Positions 25,490 to 35,267 of a stretch of DNA of 38,424 nucleotides are shown here, piece after piece. Numbering within the stretch: the first letter of the stretch is position 1; each line of letters starts with the position of its first letter. The notes below the pieces were generated by a model that was not told the DNA's origin, ran no database searches, and saw only the letters and a list, made by a program, of their open reading frames with translations. A program made the position numbers and the translations under genes. Source of the stretch: a virus (lineage: Duplodnaviria > Caudoviricetes); IMG/VR virus record IMGVR_UViG_3300031519_000075, positions 1 through 38,424 of that record. One strand, written 5' to 3'.

Positions 25490-25927
25490 TTAATATCCTG
25501 TGTCTGTTGGAGTATATGTAGTTAATACTTCGTCGTCTGTACCTTCGCCGTAACCCGGGCTTGATATCTTTTCAAGTTCTGTTGCACCCTGTGATATCCG
25601 TTGTATAAATTGACCGTCTGTAGGATCTATAAAATACGACAACGATCTAGAATCCCATTTTAACTGCGGGTATCTTAAGTTGTCGTAAAGTAATTCGTGC
25701 TCTGCATCAATGCCGTCTAAGAAGTCAATACCTTCTTCGTAATCTAAGTAGTTATTTGCTGCAATTCCTACTTCGTTAATTGTTACAACGTTTTCATCGC
25801 CACCTTGTAATTGGTCTGATCTTACAAGAAATAATTCGCCGTCGTCATTTCTTCTTAACCCGTAAAAGTAACGTTTTATAAATCCGTTTAATACATCCTG
25901 TGATGTAGTACCTATAAAATAACTCAT
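25490..25927 (-). CDS. Hypothetical virion-module protein
   Basis: 145-aa ORF in the operon with an AAGGAG SD. FYGLRR..DGELFL and Y.Q..WD motifs. Confidence 0.65.
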   Translation of the reverse strand: MSYFIGTTSQDVLNGFIKRYFYGLRRNDDGELFLVRSDQLQGGDENVVTINEVGIAANNYLDYEEGIDFLDGIDAEHELLYDNLRYPQLKWDSRSLSYFIDPTDGQFIQRISQGATELEKISSPGYGEGTDDEVLTTYTPTDTGY

Positions 25928-25936
25928 CTTAACTCC

Positions 25937-26266
25937 TTATGTCACTTCAACATAACTTAATATAACATCAACACTGTCATCTAGACTGGATTGAACATAT
26001 AGTATGTTTGAAGGTGCAACAATAAATTTTTCCCCAGTACTAACTGCTCGCAAACTTGTGTTTGCAGGAAGTACAGTATCTTTTAAATAAAACCCTTGTA
26101 CACTAGTATCGTCCTGTAGCATCACACTACAATATAAAAATTCACTGGTAAGATTAGTTAAACTTAGACCAATAACTGTAGTTCTAGTAGATGCGTTGGT
26201 TTCTAAAACCTTTACAGGTTGTGATCCTACATTTTTTACTACTACATTTTTAAAAAGTGTTGCCAT
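25937..26266 (-). CDS. Small virion structural protein (paralogue of 11028-11348 and 36075-36431)
   Basis: TTVIGLSLTN...LPANTSL...GEKFIV...SYVEV pattern. Confidence 0.65.
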   Translation of the reverse strand: MATLFKNVVVKNVGSQPVKVLETNASTRTTVIGLSLTNLTSEFLYCSVMLQDDTSVQGFYLKDTVLPANTSLRAVSTGEKFIVAPSNILYVQSSLDDSVDVILSYVEVT

Positions 26267-26270
26267 ATTA

Positions 26271-29200
26271 TTATCCTAGTGTTAATACAATTTCTAATGC
26301 CAGATCTTCGGCTTCTGCTCTTGAGATACCCGATGACGTACCTGCAACTGATACCCAGTTGTCACCGTCATATATTTCTGTTCTAGCACCATCTGTATTC
26401 CATCTCATTTGTCCTGTTTCAGTATACGCTAACGGCGGTCTGTTGGCATTGCCGCCAACTGGTATAACCATACCGTATGTTCCATCAAACTTAACATACC
26501 CGTTAGTAGTATTATTAAACGTAGTTACAGAATCAGTAACAACATTTGATATTACATTATCTTTAACATTAAAGTTTTCAAACACTACACTACCAGATCC
26601 ATTAGCAGTTAAGTTTAAATCAACATCTGTACTTGTACTTATCAGATTGCCGTCAATGGAAATATTATCTACAATAACTTTATCTGCACGAAGTCTCAAA
26701 GCGTCTATATCTACTACTGTAGTTCCGGCTACATTAAACCTAATTGTGTTATCGTTTGCTCCTGGAGTTAGTTCAGCTGTAACACTTGTATCACGATCTA
26801 AATCAACTACTCCGTGCAATTGTATCCAAGCTGTGCCGTTATAGCCTTCAAATACATTTGTTTCGTTATTAAATCTAATTTGTCCAGCAACTGCACTTGG
26901 TCTTGCAGCAGTATTTCCTGCAGGAAGTTTTAAAGCACCAGTAGCATTCATTACTATTTGACCGCTGCCCGGAGTAAGTGTCATATCACCTGTTGTTGCT
27001 ATATCATTAGCTTCAACTGTGAAGTTTTCTAATATAATACTACCTGTTCCGTTTGCACGTAATTCTAAATCCGAATTACTGTTAGTAGTAGTAATTACAT
27101 TTTGAAATACTTCAATGTCGCCAGTTTTAAATTTATTTGCTGTTGCAGTTCCGGTTAATGTAATATCGTCAGCAGCAAAGTCACCAGTTATTGTTAAATC
27201 GTTCCCTACAGTAACATTACCGTTAACAGTTAAATTATTATTAATTTGAACATCGTTGCTAGGAACATATATAGTTCCTGTACCATTGGCACGTAGTTCT
27301 AGATTTGCATTACTTGTAGTAGTTTCAATATAATTTTCATCAATTCTAATATCACTAATAACGTAATCATTAACACTTACTGTGCCAGTAGCTGTAATAT
27401 TTCTTGCTGCAATTGTTTCGCCTACAGTTAAGTCTTGACTAAATGTAACATCATTATTAGGTATGCGAATTTGTCCAGTGCCGTTAGCACGTAATTCTAA
27501 ATCTGCATTTGATGTAGTTGTAGTAATAATATTGTCATCAATAAGTATTTCTTCAAATTGTGCCGCGCCGCTAACATCTAAGTCTTGTGTTACTGTTAAG
27601 TCGCCATCAATAGTTGAATTACCAGTCTGGGCATAATTACCTACGTGAGTAACAGTTCCTGTTATATTTGTGTTTGCAAGTGTTGTTAGAGTGTTAACTG
27701 TTAAATCATTGTCGATTTGAACATCGTTGTCTGGGATTAATATGTCACCAGTTCCGTTAGCACGTAGGTCTAAATCTGCGTTTGATAAAGTTGTTGTAAT
27801 AAAATTATCTGTAATTTTTATACTATCAATATCTAATTCGTCAGTGTATATGTTTGACCAAGTATTAGTTTCACTACCTAAGCTATATGTACTTGCAGTG
27901 TCTGGTATTAAATCACTGTTTATACCAGCAACAATATTAATACTATCACTTGCTTCGTCGCCAATAGTAATGTTGCCACCAATGGATACATTACCGGATA
28001 CATCTAAGTTGCCAGTAATTTCAACATTGTCTTGTAAATTGATAGTACCACTTGCACTATCAACATTTAAATCTCCTGTCAAACTTTGAACAGTGTTTCC
28101 GCTAATTCTTAAATTACCAGTGTCAATACGTGAGCCATTTACAAAAGTAGTATCACTACCAGTTGTAAATGTTGCACCGTTTGTAAGATTGATATTTAAT
28201 GCACTTGCAGTAAAACTTACAGTACCGTCGTCTTGATTTACATAAAATAAATCACCAACTCTAAAGTCACCTTTGTGGTCAACTGAGTTGTATCTTACTT
28301 TAGCCCCGTTTAATTCAACTACTTCGTTTTCTTGAATAACAGTTTCTGCTTGATTAGTAACTTCTTTTCCGTTACCAATGTATGCAAGGTTTTGTCCAAT
28401 AGCATACACAATTACGCCGTCACCGTCACCTACTATGCCAAAGTTACCATAAACACTAGCACTACCAATCATTCTAACTTCTGCACCGAAGTCTCTTTTG
28501 TCAACATTTAATATATCTGTTGCAGATGCACTGCCATCACTAATGCTGCTAGGAGTAGTATCAAACCCGTCTAAGTCATCAATCTTACCAGCAACAGTAA
28601 TTACATCACCATCTACGCTTGCAATTAGTGCAGTAACAACAGTAGAACTATCAGTAGAAGTAAATGTAATTGTTTGTCCAGCAGTAAATGGGCCACTAGT
28701 TATTCCACCTAATCGTATACGAGTTTTACCTGCACCATACTTGCCGTCATTACTATTGTAACAATAAAAACTTCTATTTGCAAAGTATGTAAAGCTGTTT
28801 AGCCATTCAATTCGCACACCGTTAGTTGCTGTAATTGCATCAACACCTGGGGTAATAAATGTTGCACTATGGAAAAGCATACTTGCTTCTTTACTAGCAG
28901 CAGTTGCATAAGCACCATCTATGTATGCGCCTTTACCTGCATCGCCTGCATTAAATCCTCTTGGGTCTTCAGCAGTAGTTGTACTACCTGCTGTAATTAC
29001 CGTAATGTTTCTAATGTACGGACTACGAGAAGTTACTTCAAAGTCTGTAGCAAAACGGAAAGCATATCCGTTGTCTGGGAATGTTCTATTTCCGCTATTA
29101 CAACTGAATATCAATCCTTCTAGGAATACTTCTTCACCGTTAGCAGGAGCTGTACCTGTGTAAGTTACAGTGAGTATTCCAGTTCCGTGAACATAAGTTG

Positions 29201-30308
29201 CTCCTGTTACTGCAAGATTAATTGTCTTTGCATCGTTAGTGATTGTGCCGCCACTTACGTATGCGTGTGCAAAAGGAGAAACCCCTACATTTGATGTAAA
29301 TGTTCCTGTTGCTTCGCCACCGCTTGCAATTGTGAAGTTATTGCGTCCGCTAAAGAATCCAGTTATCATTAAGTCTTCAACAGTTGTTTGGCCGTTGAGT
29401 AAGAACGCATCTTTATAACGTGTTGCTGTTGTAGGTTGTATAGTTACACTTCGTAAACTATGTCCTTTTACTGTAACTCCTGCCGGAACTGTTATTGGAA
29501 ATATTTCTGTGTAGGCGCCAGGATAAATTAAAACTGTGTCGCCTGCGACTGCAATACTCAACGCATATACAATACTTGCAACTGGATCTTGTGGATGTGT
29601 TCCTGAATGAGAATCATCGCCGTTTTCAGTAACATATAGTGTATTGCCTTGGCGCAATGTAAGATCAATGCCACCTACTTCTAAATTTGTACTATTAACT
29701 GAAGTTGCATATAAATCTTCTACCCATACGTCATTCCAAGTGTTGCTTGATGAACCTAATGTATAAGTGTCGTGTATATTTGGAATTATGTTACTTGCAA
29801 TGTCGGCATTGATAACAATGTTATCAGTATTTGCATCACCTAATGTTATGTCACCGTCTGCTGTAATATTTCCAGTTGCATGTATATTTCCAGTTACATT
29901 CATGTTAGAATGTACGTCAACTGTGCCAGTACCGTTAGGGCGGAATTCTAAATTTGCATTTGAAGAGTTGGTACTAATGACATTGCCTTCAATATCAATA
30001 CTATCAATTCTTGCTTTATTTTGATATACTACATTGTCTAGCGTACCTAAATTAAGATACGGTAACGTAGTACTAATAGTGTTGCCAGATATGTTAACAT
30101 TAGCAATGTCTGCTACTGTATTAACTATTAAGTCAGTAGTACGTGCTGTTCCGTTAATGTCTAATTCGTATTGTGGAGAATTTTTCTTAACTCCGATACG
30201 CTGATTGTTTACATCTAGATATAATAAGTCTGTCTCAAAAGCTAAATCAATTCCATTACGAATTAAATTTGACTTTAAGAGCGGACCTGATATGCGACCA
30301 ACAGCCAT
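26271..30308 (-). CDS. Large virion/fibre protein (1345 aa): beta-helix-type domain plus SNADLELRANGTG repeats
   Basis: MAVGRISGPLL start; LYVTENGDD...PGAYTEIFP; RSPYIRN; repeated I.T..SN.(D/N)L.L.ANG.G. GAGGAG SD. Confidence 0.85.
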   Translation of the reverse strand: MAVGRISGPLLKSNLIRNGIDLAFETDLLYLDVNNQRIGVKKNSPQYELDINGTARTTDLIVNTVADIANVNISGNTISTTLPYLNLGTLDNVVYQNKARIDSIDIEGNVISTNSSNANLEFRPNGTGTVDVHSNMNVTGNIHATGNITADGDITLGDANTDNIVINADIASNIIPNIHDTYTLGSSSNTWNDVWVEDLYATSVNSTNLEVGGIDLTLRQGNTLYVTENGDDSHSGTHPQDPVASIVYALSIAVAGDTVLIYPGAYTEIFPITVPAGVTVKGHSLRSVTIQPTTATRYKDAFLLNGQTTVEDLMITGFFSGRNNFTIASGGEATGTFTSNVGVSPFAHAYVSGGTITNDAKTINLAVTGATYVHGTGILTVTYTGTAPANGEEVFLEGLIFSCNSGNRTFPDNGYAFRFATDFEVTSRSPYIRNITVITAGSTTTAEDPRGFNAGDAGKGAYIDGAYATAASKEASMLFHSATFITPGVDAITATNGVRIEWLNSFTYFANRSFYCYNSNDGKYGAGKTRIRLGGITSGPFTAGQTITFTSTDSSTVVTALIASVDGDVITVAGKIDDLDGFDTTPSSISDGSASATDILNVDKRDFGAEVRMIGSASVYGNFGIVGDGDGVIVYAIGQNLAYIGNGKEVTNQAETVIQENEVVELNGAKVRYNSVDHKGDFRVGDLFYVNQDDGTVSFTASALNINLTNGATFTTGSDTTFVNGSRIDTGNLRISGNTVQSLTGDLNVDSASGTINLQDNVEITGNLDVSGNVSIGGNITIGDEASDSINIVAGINSDLIPDTASTYSLGSETNTWSNIYTDELDIDSIKITDNFITTTLSNADLDLRANGTGDILIPDNDVQIDNDLTVNTLTTLANTNITGTVTHVGNYAQTGNSTIDGDLTVTQDLDVSGAAQFEEILIDDNIITTTTSNADLELRANGTGQIRIPNNDVTFSQDLTVGETIAARNITATGTVSVNDYVISDIRIDENYIETTTSNANLELRANGTGTIYVPSNDVQINNNLTVNGNVTVGNDLTITGDFAADDITLTGTATANKFKTGDIEVFQNVITTTNSNSDLELRANGTGSIILENFTVEANDIATTGDMTLTPGSGQIVMNATGALKLPAGNTAARPSAVAGQIRFNNETNVFEGYNGTAWIQLHGVVDLDRDTSVTAELTPGANDNTIRFNVAGTTVVDIDALRLRADKVIVDNISIDGNLISTSTDVDLNLTANGSGSVVFENFNVKDNVISNVVTDSVTTFNNTTNGYVKFDGTYGMVIPVGGNANRPPLAYTETGQMRWNTDGARTEIYDGDNWVSVAGTSSGISRAEAEDLALEIVLTLG

Positions 30309-30413
30309 CTTCTCTCCTCAATACGGGGATCCTGTCCCTCTAGCCTCCTTACATTGCGGGCTAACCACAGTCTGTCCGTGTACAGGATTGATCATCCATT
30401 TGTACAGTAATAG
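30309..30413 (-). ncRNA. Candidate structured 5' leader RNA
   Basis: GC-rich leader of about 100 nt between the ATAAATA motif and the start codon. Pairings: TGTACA/TGTACA enclosing GGAT/ATCC; ACGG/CCGT enclosing CTGT/ACAG and TAGCC/GGCTA. Confidence 0.45.
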
Positions 30414-30420
30414 TATTTAT
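30414..30420 (-). promoter_or_regulatory. Late promoter-like motif (G)ATAAATA
   Basis: Intergenic, directly upstream of the structured leader. Confidence 0.65.
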
Positions 30421-30443
30421 CGTATTGTGGTAATAAGTGTACG

Positions 30444-33400
30444 TTACCCTAGTGCTAGCGTATATTCTAACAGAATGTCGTTAAATTCGTCTGCTGAAAT
30501 TGCAGCAGCGATACCCGCAGCAGTAATATATGTATCACCGTCCCAAGTTTCTAGAACTACTGACTCTGTGTTCCACCTAGTATCACCTACAGGAGGATCT
30601 TCTGTCGGACGTTGAGCATTAGTACCAGAAGGCACAACTACACCGTATGTGTTGTTAATTTTTACTCTACCAAATCCTGAACTACTAATTGAAAGTACTC
30701 CGGCACTTGGTGTATTATTTTTAATAGTATTGCCGACAATGCTCATGTCATCAATTGCAAGCTCGCCTGTTCCAAGAGCTCGGAACTCTAAATTAGAATT
30801 AGAAACAGTTGTAGTTATTATATCGTTATCTATAGAAATATCATCAACGTCTAGTCGCTGTGTTATTAATGCATCACCAGACACTTCTGCAATTAGTCTA
30901 GACGAATCGATAGGATCATTATCACTGTTGACAATCATTCTAATATTATTAGCAGCAGTGTCTACTGCTAAACTAGTGAGCATGTCGTCACTAAACACTC
31001 CGCCAAAACCGATATGACTAGTTGCATACCCTTCAAAAATATTTGTATCAGTGTTTAATCTAAAATCACCTAATGTATTTTTTCTTTCAGCAGTTGTTCC
31101 TTTAGGTACTTGAATTGAGTTAGCAGCAACTACTGAAACATTTTCGCCACTACTAAAACTAATATTACTAGAATTTGTAAGCAACGTACTGTTATTAAGA
31201 TTGATATCTTCAACAATAACATTACCAGTACCGTTTGCATATAGTTCTAAATCACTGTTAGAAACAACAGTTGCAATATTATTATTCCAAATATTAATTT
31301 GATCATATGTACTAAACATTTCTGCATTAAATACATCTGAATTAATATTTGTAACACCCAGTATATCGTCACCTGTTAAGTTTCCGACAAATGTCATGTT
31401 TCCTGTTACAGTAATATTTGTATCAATTTGTACAGGTGATGATGTAAATATTTTGCCATCGCCATCTGCAATAAATTCTAAATTATTATCAGCTGTAGTA
31501 GTTGTGATAAAGTTATCTCTAATTTGTAAGTTGTTGCTTGCATATAACTCTACACTAGTAACATTAGTTGTAACATTTATATTATCAGCAGAAATATCTC
31601 TAACAGTTAAATCATAGGTAGTAGTAACATCGTTGCTTGGCACAATAATAGAACCAACGCCATTGGCTTTTAAATCTAAATTTGTATTTAAGGTAGTAGT
31701 ATCAACAATATTATCATCTACAAGTATTTCTTCAAATAATGCTGCGCCGATTATATCTAAGTCTTGTGTTACCGTTACATTACCTGTTACAGAAGTGTTA
31801 AGAATTTGATTGTAATCACCTATATGTGTAACTAGCCCTGTAATAGACACATCATCAACAGATGTTAATCCGTTAACTGTTAAATCATTATTAACTGTTA
31901 AATCATTATTTGGTATTAAGATTCTACCAGTACCGCTTGCTCTAAGTTCTAAATCTGCATTGCTTACAGTAGTAGTAATAAAATTATCTTGGATTTTAAT
32001 ATCATTAAATTGTGCTTGACTCAACCAAGTATGTTTCCAAGTTTTTGTTGCATTGCCTAATGTATATAAGCCACTTATATCAGGTTCGACATTCTGACTA
32101 AATTCTGTATTAAATGCAACAGTGTCGTTAGCATCGTTTCCGATTCCTATAATTGCGCCTGCAATTGTAAAGTCGCCGGTTGTAGTAACATTACCTGTGA
32201 CATTAGTATTTTTTAACAGATTTATTTTGCCTGCACTTGCAAAATTAGCATCTCCACTTAAACTTTCAATAGTATTTCCGCTGAATCTTATGTTACCTGT
32301 TTCAACTTTTTCTGAAGTAATATACGAAGTATTACCTCCAGTTGTAATAATCATGCCACCTAAGGCATCAATATCAGCTTCTTCTAATACTAAATTTGTT
32401 TCACCTTTTTCTAGATCAACATTAAAGTTGTCTCCAACTCTAAAATTTCCTAAATGGTCTTGAGAAGTAAAATGTATTTTACCTGAGTTTAACTCTGTGA
32501 CTTCTTGTGTTTGTATTACTCTACTAGGATCATTATCTAAAAACTTACCTAATCCGATATATGCAAAATTATGTTGTATTAGATACATTAGTGTATCGGC
32601 GCCATCTGCTACTGCACCGTAGTTGCCGTATACGTTTGCTGATCCAATTGATCTTATTTCAGCACCGTACTTAACTGTTGATCCGTCTGTACTAAGATGA
32701 CCTGTTACGCCATTTACTGCATACAGTCCTCGGTTAGCAAAGTACGTAAAACTATTAAGCCATTCTACTCTAACTCCGTTAGTCATTGTTAGACCATCAA
32801 CACCAGGAGTAATAAACGTAACACTATGGAATAACATAGCAGCTTCTACACTTGCACTTAATACATTAGCGCCGTCTACTTTGGCACCACCTCCTGCATC
32901 ACCTTGTGCAAATCCCCTTGGGTCACTTGCACTAACAACACTTCCTTTAGTAATTACTGTTACATTTTGTACATATGGTGATCTTGAACTTATAACTGTA
33001 CTAGGTGCAAAACTAAATCCATAACCTGGAGAATAAAAATCTTTAATTGTTAATTGTTGTACTGTACTTTCACCGTTCATTAAAAATGCATGATTAGTAT
33101 TAGTACCAGCAGTAGGCTTAATGATAGTGTTTCTCATGTCAACACCTTGAACTGTAACATTACTAGGTACTGTTAATGGAAATACTTCTTCATACTCGCC
33201 TGCAAACACATGAATAAGTACAGGTCCTTGTGTACTTGCGTCAGACGCACTTAATGCAGCCTTAACAGTTAAGAACGGATCTTGTACATGATCACCTGTA
33301 TTAGAGTCGTTACCGTTTTTAGATACATAAAATATATTGCCTTGACGCAGTCCAAAATCTGTTGTGCTAGATAAAATAGATTCAACAGTAAGATTGTCTC

Positions 33401-35237
33401 CGTTCACTAAATTAGTGTGCAGTTCTTGCCAGCGTTTTGTTGGTGACCCTAAGTTAAATACCTTATTTTGATCAGGCATAATATCACTATTAATGTCGCC
33501 GGCAAATACTAAATTATCAGTATCATCATTACCAATAGTAACGTTGCCATCAGCACTGATATTACCAGTTGCATCTAAATTTCCAAAAACTTCTAAGTTT
33601 GAAAAGACTTCAGTAGTATTGGTTGCTACGTTGTAGATATATGCTTTACCTGATTCACTACCACCAGCATCACCTTCGTACTGAGAACCAACTATTGCAG
33701 TGTTACCTGATATAGCAAATTGGCTAAAGCGGTCACCTGCACTTGTACCATATGCATTTGGATTATCTAATGTATGCACTAAGGCACCTGAGGTTACATT
33801 AAATATGTATGCTTTGCCTGATTCATTACCACCAGCATCATCCTCACGGAAAGCGCCAACTATTGCAGTGTTACCTGATATAGCAACTGCATTACCAAAT
33901 TTATCACCTGCACTTGTACCATATGCATTTGGATTATCTAATGTATGTACTAGAGCACCTGAGGTTACATTAAATATGTATGCTTTACCCGAATCACTAC
34001 CACCTGCGTCATCTTCTTGCCAAGCACCAACAATAGTATAGTTTCCACTTACTCCTACTGACTGACCAAAATTATCACTTGCACTATTATTATATGCATT
34101 TGGATTATCTAGTGTGTGTAATAGAGCGCCAGTTGTTACGTTAAAGATATAGGCTTTACCTGAACTTTGCCCTCCTGCACCACCTGCGTCATCTTCTGAC
34201 CTACTGCCAACGATAGCATAGTTTCCACTTATTGCTGCGCTCCAACCAAAATTATCATTGAAACTTGTACCATATGCATTTGGATTATCTAATGTATGCA
34301 CTAAGGCACCCGAGGTTACATTAAAAATATATACTTTACCCGAATTAAACGACCCACTAAGGGCACGTTCTCTATAAGCACTAACAATAGCCGAGTTACC
34401 TGATATAGCAACTGCATTACCAAATCTATCACCTGCACTTGTACCATATGCATTTGGATTATCTAATGTATGTACTAGAGCACCTGAGGTTACATTAAAT
34501 ATGTATGCTTTACCCGAATTATCACCACCGGCATCATCTTCAAAAATAGCACCAACAATAGCCGAGTTACCTGATATAGCAACTGAGTAACCAAACCAAT
34601 CACTTGCACTATTATTATATGCATTTGGATTATCTAGTGTGTGTACTAAAGCACCTGAGGTTACATTGTAGATATATGCTTTACCTGAAAAAGTGCCGCC
34701 TGCACCACCTGCGTCATCTTCAAATGGAGCGCCGACTATAGCCGAGTTACCTGAAATCGCAACCTTACCAAAATTATCTTCTAAACTAGTTCCGTATGCA
34801 TTTGGATTATCTAGTGTATGTAATAGATCACCGATATTATCGGTTGACGGAGTTAAATCAATATTTGAATTTGATCGATAACTAGAAATAGTATTATCAC
34901 TAATGTGAATGTTATCAGTTTCAAAGTTTGATATCTGAATACCTTCAGCGGCGTTTAAATTAATGTCACCATTAAGGTTATTAATTTCATTATTGTTTTG
35001 AAAATTAAGATCTGCAATTGAAGCACTTGTGCTTGATATTAATGTAGAGACATTTATAGCCCCGTTAATATCTATTTGATATGCAGGAGCATCTTTATTC
35101 ACTCCAATGAAACCGTTAGTTACATTTAAGTATAAAAGTTGATCTGTATCTAAATTATTTCGAAATGCTAAATCAATACCATTGCGCTCTAAATTAGCAG
35201 TTAATAACGGTCCTGATATTCTACCTACTTGTGCCAC
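30444..35237 (-). CDS. Large virion/fibre protein (1597 aa), paralogue of 26271-30308 with an inserted FG-GAP propeller
   Basis: GTG start with GGAGG SD. MAQVGRISGPLL...NGIDLAF N-terminus and L.LG C-terminus match the paralogue. Confidence 0.85.
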   Translation of the reverse strand: MAQVGRISGPLLTANLERNGIDLAFRNNLDTDQLLYLNVTNGFIGVNKDAPAYQIDINGAINVSTLISSTSASIADLNFQNNNEINNLNGDINLNAAEGIQISNFETDNIHISDNTISSYRSNSNIDLTPSTDNIGDLLHTLDNPNAYGTSLEDNFGKVAISGNSAIVGAPFEDDAGGAGGTFSGKAYIYNVTSGALVHTLDNPNAYNNSASDWFGYSVAISGNSAIVGAIFEDDAGGDNSGKAYIFNVTSGALVHTLDNPNAYGTSAGDRFGNAVAISGNSAIVSAYRERALSGSFNSGKVYIFNVTSGALVHTLDNPNAYGTSFNDNFGWSAAISGNYAIVGSRSEDDAGGAGGQSSGKAYIFNVTTGALLHTLDNPNAYNNSASDNFGQSVGVSGNYTIVGAWQEDDAGGSDSGKAYIFNVTSGALVHTLDNPNAYGTSAGDKFGNAVAISGNTAIVGAFREDDAGGNESGKAYIFNVTSGALVHTLDNPNAYGTSAGDRFSQFAISGNTAIVGSQYEGDAGGSESGKAYIYNVATNTTEVFSNLEVFGNLDATGNISADGNVTIGNDDTDNLVFAGDINSDIMPDQNKVFNLGSPTKRWQELHTNLVNGDNLTVESILSSTTDFGLRQGNIFYVSKNGNDSNTGDHVQDPFLTVKAALSASDASTQGPVLIHVFAGEYEEVFPLTVPSNVTVQGVDMRNTIIKPTAGTNTNHAFLMNGESTVQQLTIKDFYSPGYGFSFAPSTVISSRSPYVQNVTVITKGSVVSASDPRGFAQGDAGGGAKVDGANVLSASVEAAMLFHSVTFITPGVDGLTMTNGVRVEWLNSFTYFANRGLYAVNGVTGHLSTDGSTVKYGAEIRSIGSANVYGNYGAVADGADTLMYLIQHNFAYIGLGKFLDNDPSRVIQTQEVTELNSGKIHFTSQDHLGNFRVGDNFNVDLEKGETNLVLEEADIDALGGMIITTGGNTSYITSEKVETGNIRFSGNTIESLSGDANFASAGKINLLKNTNVTGNVTTTGDFTIAGAIIGIGNDANDTVAFNTEFSQNVEPDISGLYTLGNATKTWKHTWLSQAQFNDIKIQDNFITTTVSNADLELRASGTGRILIPNNDLTVNNDLTVNGLTSVDDVSITGLVTHIGDYNQILNTSVTGNVTVTQDLDIIGAALFEEILVDDNIVDTTTLNTNLDLKANGVGSIIVPSNDVTTTYDLTVRDISADNINVTTNVTSVELYASNNLQIRDNFITTTTADNNLEFIADGDGKIFTSSPVQIDTNITVTGNMTFVGNLTGDDILGVTNINSDVFNAEMFSTYDQINIWNNNIATVVSNSDLELYANGTGNVIVEDINLNNSTLLTNSSNISFSSGENVSVVAANSIQVPKGTTAERKNTLGDFRLNTDTNIFEGYATSHIGFGGVFSDDMLTSLAVDTAANNIRMIVNSDNDPIDSSRLIAEVSGDALITQRLDVDDISIDNDIITTTVSNSNLEFRALGTGELAIDDMSIVGNTIKNNTPSAGVLSISSSGFGRVKINNTYGVVVPSGTNAQRPTEDPPVGDTRWNTESVVLETWDGDTYITAAGIAAAISADEFNDILLEYTLALG
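33627..34826 (-). repeat. Seven FG-GAP (integrin-alpha-like) repeats of 56-60 aa with long near-identical DNA stretches
   Basis: L(V/L)HTLDNPNAY...D.FG..VAISGN.AIVG...EDDAGG..SGKAYI(F/Y)NV occurs 7 times. The DNA core gcatttggattatcta occurs in every copy. Confidence 0.92.
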
Positions 35238-35256
35238 ATTAAATCCTCCGACACAG

Positions 35257-35264
35257 TATTTATA
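35257..35264 (-). promoter_or_regulatory. T4-type late promoter TATAAATA
   Basis: Exact T4 gp55 late consensus, intergenic, upstream of the SD and GTG 35237. Confidence 0.75.
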
Positions 35265-35267
35265 GTA

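Noticed and set aside
33627-34826. CRISPR array or DGR template/variable repeat
   Set aside because: The repeats are in-frame coding units of about 170-180 nt without unique spacers. There is no reverse transcriptase or cas gene in the window, and differences are not evidently restricted to adenines.
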